Assembly: GCA_964440665.1 (NCBI GenBank)
Contig: CAYTTF010000005.1
Span: 1-35,690, forward strand
DNA length: 35,690 nt
Direction: 5' to 3'
Source: an uncultured Myxococcales bacterium
GTDB lineage: Bacteria; Myxococcota_A; Polyangia; Fen-1088
Positions 31,287-35,690 of this stretch are shown in pieces. Numbering within the stretch: the stretch's first letter is position 1; each line of letters opens with the position of its first letter. A program made the translations under genes and the position numbers. The notes under the pieces are model-generated. The model was not told the DNA's origin and searched no databases. It was given only the letters and a program-made list of their open reading frames with translations.

Positions 31287-33011
31287 TTACTCGAACGGGT
31301 CGGCCTTCTTGTCGTCGGGTGCGGCCGGCGTCGCCGCGGCGGCGGCCGCTGGCGAGCTTTCGTCGCGGCGGGGGTGCGAGCGGCGGTGGGGGCGTTGCGG
31401 GTGGGCCGCTGCTTTCGCGGGCTGCGCCACGGGCGCTGCGCTCGGCGTCGCCGCCGGCGCGGCGGTGGGAGTCGCGCCGGCGGGTGCGACGGACTCGGCG
31501 GGAGGCGGTGCGGATGCCTTCGTCGCCGCTGGGTCGGATGGCGAGATTCCGGGCGGCGCGCCGGGTGGCTCGGATTTTTGTGGTTCGGCGGCCGGCGTCG
31601 CCAGCGGGGCCGCGAGCGCCGGCGGTCGGTCGCGCTCGGCGCCTGCCGACGCCGGTGGGCGGGCGAGCATCCAGGCGCCCGCGGCGGTGATCGCCGCCAG
31701 CACCGCCAGGCCGCCGTAGACCCAGACGCGATCGCCTTTGCTGGGGGCCGCGACCGAAGACGGCGATGACGGCGCCGTCTGGCTTTGGGGCTGGCTACGG
31801 GATCCCCGACTGCGGGATCCCTGGCTGCGGGATCCCCGACTCTGTGTCCCCGTCTGCGCATCGGTGCCGAGCCGGAGGCCCGACGACGAGAGGCCCGGGC
31901 GGAGCGCCATCGTCGGTCCCTGCGTCACCGGTTCGGCACCCAGCGCAGCGATGCGGGCATTGCCCTGTTCGACCGGCTCGACCTCCATGTCCAGCGCCGC
32001 GGTCGCGGTCTTGCGCCATTGCAGGAACTCCGGCGCGAAGAGTCCCTTCATGTAGCCCGCGACCTGCTGCGGGCTGAACCCGTCGTTGGCGAAGGCGTAT
32101 CGCTCGAGCGCCAGCGCCATCTCGTGCGCGCTCGAGTAGCGCGCGTCGCGCCGCTTGCGTAGCGCGCGCATCACCACCGCCTCGAGCTCTGGTGGAACGT
32201 CGGCCACCTCCGACGGCCGCGGAATCGGATCGTCGACGATGGCGCGCATCGTCGCGAGCTCGGTCTCGCGCTTGAAGAGCCGGCGGCCGGTCAACACCTC
32301 CCACAAGACGACGCCCAGCGCGAAGACGTCGGCGCGGTGATCGACCTCTTCGGCGGAGGCCTGCTCCGGCGACATGTACTCGATCTTTCCCTTGAGACCG
32401 CCCGGGCTGGTGTGCGCGACGCGACCGAACGCGCGCGCCACGCCGAAGTCGATCAGCTTCACCGCCCCTTCGAATGAGACCAGGATGTTTTGCGGCGAGA
32501 CGTCGCGGTGGACGACGCCCAGCGGTTGACCGTCTCCGTCGGTGAGGCCGTGCGCGTAGCCGAGCCCGCTCGCGGCTTGCGCGATCAGGTAAGCGGCCAG
32601 CGCCGGGGTGGGGGGCCGTCGCTCGCGCGCGGCCTTGCGCAGCACCGCCGACAGCGGCTTCCCCTGCACCAGCTCCATGGCCAGGAAATACTCTTCGCCG
32701 TCGTGCCCGACCTCGATGATGCGCACGACGTTCGGGTGATCGAGCAACGCCGCCAGGCGCGCCTCGTCGAGGAACATCCGGATGAACTGACTGTTGGAGG
32801 CGAGATGCGGCAAGATCCGCTTGACGACGATGAGCGTGCGAAAGCCGGGGAGCTCGCCGGAGAGCGCGAGGTAGACCTCCGCCATCCCGCCGGTCGCGAG
32901 ACGCCCAATGATTTGAAAGCGCCCCAGGCGCCTGACCGCTTCGTCCATCCCGTTGCGAGATTGCGAGAGCCGCCCGCCCTGGCGGAGATCGGAGGGCGTA
33001 CCGACGGTCAT
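31287..33011 (-). CDS. Membrane-anchored Hanks-type Ser/Thr protein kinase with a Pro/Ala-rich extracytoplasmic tail.
   Basis: I chose the ATG at 33011 (ATG 32948 is an alternative). The G-loop is GRLATGGMAEVYLA, the Lys motif IVVKRIL, the catalytic loop HRDVSPQNILV, then DFGVAR and YMSPEQ. The TM helix is VWVYGGLAVLAAITAAGAWMLA. Confidence 0.88.
   Translation of the reverse strand: MTVGTPSDLRQGGRLSQSRNGMDEAVRRLGRFQIIGRLATGGMAEVYLALSGELPGFRTLIVVKRILPHLASNSQFIRMFLDEARLAALLDHPNVVRIIEVGHDGEEYFLAMELVQGKPLSAVLRKAARERRPPTPALAAYLIAQAASGLGYAHGLTDGDGQPLGVVHRDVSPQNILVSFEGAVKLIDFGVARAFGRVAHTSPGGLKGKIEYMSPEQASAEEVDHRADVFALGVVLWEVLTGRRLFKRETELATMRAIVDDPIPRPSEVADVPPELEAVVMRALRKRRDARYSSAHEMALALERYAFANDGFSPQQVAGYMKGLFAPEFLQWRKTATAALDMEVEPVEQGNARIAALGAEPVTQGPTMALRPGLSSSGLRLGTDAQTGTQSRGSRSQGSRSRGSRSQPQSQTAPSSPSSVAAPSKGDRVWVYGGLAVLAAITAAGAWMLARPPASAGAERDRPPALAAPLATPAAEPQKSEPPGAPPGISPSDPAATKASAPPPAESVAPAGATPTAAPAATPSAAPVAQPAKAAAHPQRPHRRSHPRRDESSPAAAAAATPAAPDDKKADPFE
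31795..31839. repeat. Three in-frame copies of a 15-nt tandem repeat in the kinase juxtamembrane linker, encoding GSRSQGSRSRGSRSQ.
   Basis: The units are ctacgggatccccga, ctgcgggatccctgg and ctgcgggatccccga. Each contains GGATCC. Confidence 0.8.
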
Positions 33012-33078
33012 CTTCCCAACAACTCCAGCAGCTTCAGATGGTGGGGTCAAGTTGGGCAGGGCACGGTGGCGCAATCTT

Positions 33079-33092
33079 GGCGGATATCCGCC
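33079..33092. promoter_or_regulatory. Perfect 14-bp palindrome GGCGGATATCCGCC in the kinase/lipoprotein divergent intergenic region, a candidate operator.
   Basis: I read this directly from the sequence. It overlaps a weak sigma54-like motif (TGGCGCAATCTTGGC, 33067-33081, + strand). Confidence 0.3.
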
Positions 33093-33188
33093 GCCGTCTG
33101 CGCACATTGGGCGACACGAATTGGTCCGGGGCGGGTCGCGGAGGTCCCCGGGTGGCCGTCGGGACGTGGCCGTTTTGAAGTCGCCGGT

Positions 33189-33194
33189 TATAAT
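33189..33194 (+). promoter_or_regulatory. Consensus TATAAT hexamer in an AT-rich patch, a candidate -10 element for the downstream lipoprotein gene.
   Basis: The context is ggtTATAATgagactttttAGGGAGatttagcctcTTG. The hexamer lies 27 nt before the TTG start at 33221. No good -35 is present at 17 nt. Confidence 0.3.
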
Positions 33195-33220
33195 GAGACT
33201 TTTTAGGGAGATTTAGCCTC

Positions 33221-35077
33221 TTGCATAACCACACTTATTGGTCGTTCGTCAGGTTGTTTGCGCTCGCGGGCACCCTGGCCGGGTTTGGGTGCGCGGGCGT
33301 CAAAGCCAAGGGGTCCGCGACGGGGACCGCCGGGTCGAACGGCAGCGCCGGCTCCGGGGGCGGCCTGGTGACGGGAACCGGCGGGAGCGGCTCAGTCATG
33401 CCGGCGAGCTGCAACGGTCCCTGCACCGACTTCCCGCCCGATCCGATCAACACCAACATCCCGTCGGTCGATCCCGCGATGTTCGGGACGCCCAGCGGTT
33501 CGGGTCCGTGCGTGACCGAGCCGGAGGATGGGAGCTTGTTCCCGAACAATTGGCTCCGGCCGCGGGTTCGCGTCCCGGGCGCGGCCTACATGAAGATCAC
33601 CGTCCACGCCGACCTGGAGGCGAACGACCTCACCGCCTACGCGAGCGGCGAGACCTGGAAGATGCCGGACAACATCTGGAAGGGTCTGGCGAGCCACGTG
33701 ATCCTGCAGCTCGTCAGCGTGACCGTGCAGCTGCCGTCGGGTGGGGCGACGACCGTGAGATTCCAGATCGCGCCGGTGGGCGCCGGCGGCAGCCTGGTGT
33801 TCTGGGCGGCCAATCCGATGGCCGCCAACAAGGATCCCGTGCAGGCCCTTCCGACCGACTCCGACCTGCAGGGCTTCGCGGTCGGCGACGAGAAGACGAC
33901 CGAGGCGTTGAATACGGCCAATCTCAAACAACAGGTTTTTCTTCAGGACGGGTCAAACACCCACACCCCGGTGTGCATCGGTTGCCACACCGGGACACCG
34001 GACGGCAACTACGTCGCCTTCGACGACGCCTGGCCCTGGTCGGCCGCGTTCGCCGGCGTCAAACCCGACATCTCCGGTCAGGCCTTGCCCGGCTATCTCG
34101 GGTACAACTGCACGACGCCCGGGACGTCGAGCACCTGCTCGGGCTCGAAGACCTTCGTCCAGTATCCGTGGGCCGGGCCGCTGGCGTTCTCGCCCGCGCA
34201 CTGGAAGACCGGCGATCGGATCGCAATCGTGGCGTCGCAGCTCGCGCCTTCGGATCTGACGACGCCCTGGAACACCGACGACAAGCTGCCGGGAAACCTG
34301 GTCTGGATCGACACCGAGAGCACGCAGACGCAGCAGACGTCGCTCTCTGTTCCGGTGACCCCGGTGCCGGGCACGTCGTTCGGATATCTCGCGCACACGG
34401 GTGACCTGGGCGGTGCCTCCTTCCCGAACTGGAGCGCGGACGGCAATACCATCGTCTATGCGTCGACCGTTCCGGGTACCTCCGCGCAACCGGGGGATCA
34501 GGACGGGCGGCTCAACCAGGGGACCACCGATCTGTATTCGATCCCTTACGCCAGCCGCGCGGGCGGCGCGGCGACCCCGGTGCCGGGCGCGTCGTCCACC
34601 GGGCTCGAGGAGTACTACCCGGCCTTGTCGCCCGACGACCGGCTGCTGGCCTTTACCGCCGTGCCGGCCGGGCAGGGCATGTATGCGAACAAGAACGCCG
34701 AGCTCTACGTTGTGCCGTTCGGTCAGGTCGATACCAACCCGATCCGGCTCACGGCCAATGCACCGCCCAGCTGCACCAATGTGCTGAGCCCGGGCGTGAA
34801 CAACCACTGGCCGAAATGGTCGCCGGCCGCGACGGTGGCCGACGGCAAGACCTACTACTGGATCGTCTTTTCTTCCAATCGCTACGGGCTTCCGTCGCAG
34901 AACGACGCGAAGGGGAATACGGTTCAGATATCGCAGCTCTATATCACGGCCGTCGTCGTCGACGAGGTTGGGCCGCCGGTCAGCTACCCGGCGATCTATC
35001 TCTGGAATCAGTCGCAGGCTACGCTCAACACCACCCCGGCGTGGCAAGACTTCCACATTCCGATCGTCATCGACTGA
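33221..35077 (+). CDS. Lipoprotein with a Gly/Ser/Thr linker, a single CxxCH motif and C-terminal PD40 (TolB-like) repeats.
   Basis: The TTG start has an AGGGAG RBS 10 nt upstream. The lipobox is LAGTLAGFGCAG. CIGCH is encoded at 33974-33988. PD40-like segments are FPNWSADGNTIVYAS, YYPALSPDDRLLAFT and HWPKWSP...YWIVFSSNR. Confidence 0.7.
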   Translation: MHNHTYWSFVRLFALAGTLAGFGCAGVKAKGSATGTAGSNGSAGSGGGLVTGTGGSGSVMPASCNGPCTDFPPDPINTNIPSVDPAMFGTPSGSGPCVTEPEDGSLFPNNWLRPRVRVPGAAYMKITVHADLEANDLTAYASGETWKMPDNIWKGLASHVILQLVSVTVQLPSGGATTVRFQIAPVGAGGSLVFWAANPMAANKDPVQALPTDSDLQGFAVGDEKTTEALNTANLKQQVFLQDGSNTHTPVCIGCHTGTPDGNYVAFDDAWPWSAAFAGVKPDISGQALPGYLGYNCTTPGTSSTCSGSKTFVQYPWAGPLAFSPAHWKTGDRIAIVASQLAPSDLTTPWNTDDKLPGNLVWIDTESTQTQQTSLSVPVTPVPGTSFGYLAHTGDLGGASFPNWSADGNTIVYASTVPGTSAQPGDQDGRLNQGTTDLYSIPYASRAGGAATPVPGASSTGLEEYYPALSPDDRLLAFTAVPAGQGMYANKNAELYVVPFGQVDTNPIRLTANAPPSCTNVLSPGVNNHWPKWSPAATVADGKTYYWIVFSSNRYGLPSQNDAKGNTVQISQLYITAVVVDEVGPPVSYPAIYLWNQSQATLNTTPAWQDFHIPIVID

Positions 35078-35690
35078 TCGCCGCCTTGGCGCTCGCTTCG
35101 GCCATAGGCGGCGACGGGCGGCCAGCACGCGCAGCATCCGCGGGCGGCGTCGAACCGGCGCCGGTGGGCGCTCAGTCGATCGCGTTTGGCCCCTGGTCGT
35201 TTCGAGCGCCGAAAGGTCCGGCGGGCTTCCGCGACTGGATGCCGGCGCTCGTGCCGGGCTGTGTCCACACCGACCTGTTGCGGGACGGCAAGATCCCCGA
35301 TCCGTTTTACGGCGCCAACGAAAAGTCGCTGCAGTGGATCGATAAGACCGAGTGGGAGTACCGGTCGACTTTCGTCGCCGACGCGGCGCTCCTGCGGCGG
35401 GAGCGGATCGAGATCGCTTTCCAGGGGCTCGATACCTACGCCGAGGTCTCGATCAACGGGGCGCGGGTGCTGTCGGCGGACAACATGTTTCGATCGTGGC
35501 GGGCCGAGATCAAGGGGCACGTCGCGGCGGGGAGCAACCTGGTGGTGGTGCGCTTCCGCTCGCCGATCGCGGTGGCCAAGCCGATCTACGATCGCCTCGG
35601 GTACACGCTGCCGGCGGTGAACGATCAGGCCCCGGAGATGGTCAGCATGTTCACGCGCAAGGCGCCCTACCACTACGGGTGGGACTGGGG
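35041..35690 (+). CDS. GH2 beta-mannosidase, 5' part only (it continues past the window end).
   Basis: Frame 1 is open to the window edge; the complete-ORF track does not list it. The translation reads ...FGPWSFRAPKGPAGFRDWMPALVPGCVHTDLLRDGKIPDPFYGANEKSLQWIDKTEWEYRSTF...TRKAPYHYGWDWG, a typical beta-mannosidase N-terminus. The start is uncertain. GTG 35041 gives a signal-like MARLPHSDRHRLIAALALASAIGG and overlaps the upstream gene by 37 nt. GTG 35164 is the alternative. Confidence 0.78.
   Translation, partial: MARLPHSDRHRLIAALALASAIGGDGRPARAASAGGVEPAPVGAQSIAFGPWSFRAPKGPAGFRDWMPALVPGCVHTDLLRDGKIPDPFYGANEKSLQWIDKTEWEYRSTFVADAALLRRERIEIAFQGLDTYAEVSINGARVLSADNMFRSWRAEIKGHVAAGSNLVVVRFRSPIAVAKPIYDRLGYTLPAVNDQAPEMVSMFTRKAPYHYGWDW

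Noticed and set aside
33175-33194. TTGAAG followed by TATAAT, considered as a sigma70 -35/-10 pair.
   Set aside because: Only 8 nt separate the hexamers, where ~17 are needed. I kept only the TATAAT as a low-confidence -10 candidate.

Overview
This is a very GC-rich (about 70% by eye), densely coding chromosomal segment. I saw no rRNA, tRNA, CRISPR array, transposase or integrase. The gene content looks myxobacterial (Polyangia/Sorangium-like), but that is inference only. It includes an ECF sigma/anti-sigma pair, a sigma54 enhancer-binding response regulator, a Hanks-type kinase, an FHA-GGDEF protein, Gly/Thr-rich lipoprotein linkers and huge Cys-rich secreted proteins.

Gene order, left to right:
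- 3' end of a secreted repeat protein.
- Minus-strand operon: secreted hypothetical, ECF sigma, zf-HC2 anti-sigma.
- A Spy/CpxP/ZraP-like periplasmic protein.
- Translationally coupled minus-strand efflux operon tolC-mdtA-mdtB-mdtC, followed by a small zinc-ribbon membrane ORF.
- Divergent sensor kinase and NtrC-family sigma54 activator. A well-spaced sigma54 -24/-12 element sits in front of the efflux operon.
- bioA.
- A 1000-aa outer-membrane protein fusing an HExxH peptidase-like region, PD40 repeats and an Omp85-type barrel.
- osmC.
- MerR-TPR, Ku and DUF72 on one strand, with no LigD in the window.
- FHA-GGDEF.
- aat, a KGG stress protein and a SlyD-like FKBP.
- A ~1144-aa lipoprotein made of six ~150-aa Cys-rich modules ending in a clear CBM3 cellulose-binding module.
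- A small STAS/SiaC-like protein downstream of a membrane Ser/Thr kinase.
- A lipoprotein with PD40 repeats and one CxxCH motif.
- The 5' part of a GH2 beta-mannosidase.

Most interesting candidates:
- the Cys-rich/CBM3 surface protein;
- the peptidase-PD40-Omp85 fusion;
- the DUF72-Ku cluster;
- the kinase plus SiaC-like pair;
- the ZraPSR-like sigma54 circuit wrapped around the RND operon;
- a recurring GGGACCCTC...AGGGTCCC palindrome family.

All calls come from reading the translations and DNA by eye. No searches were run.
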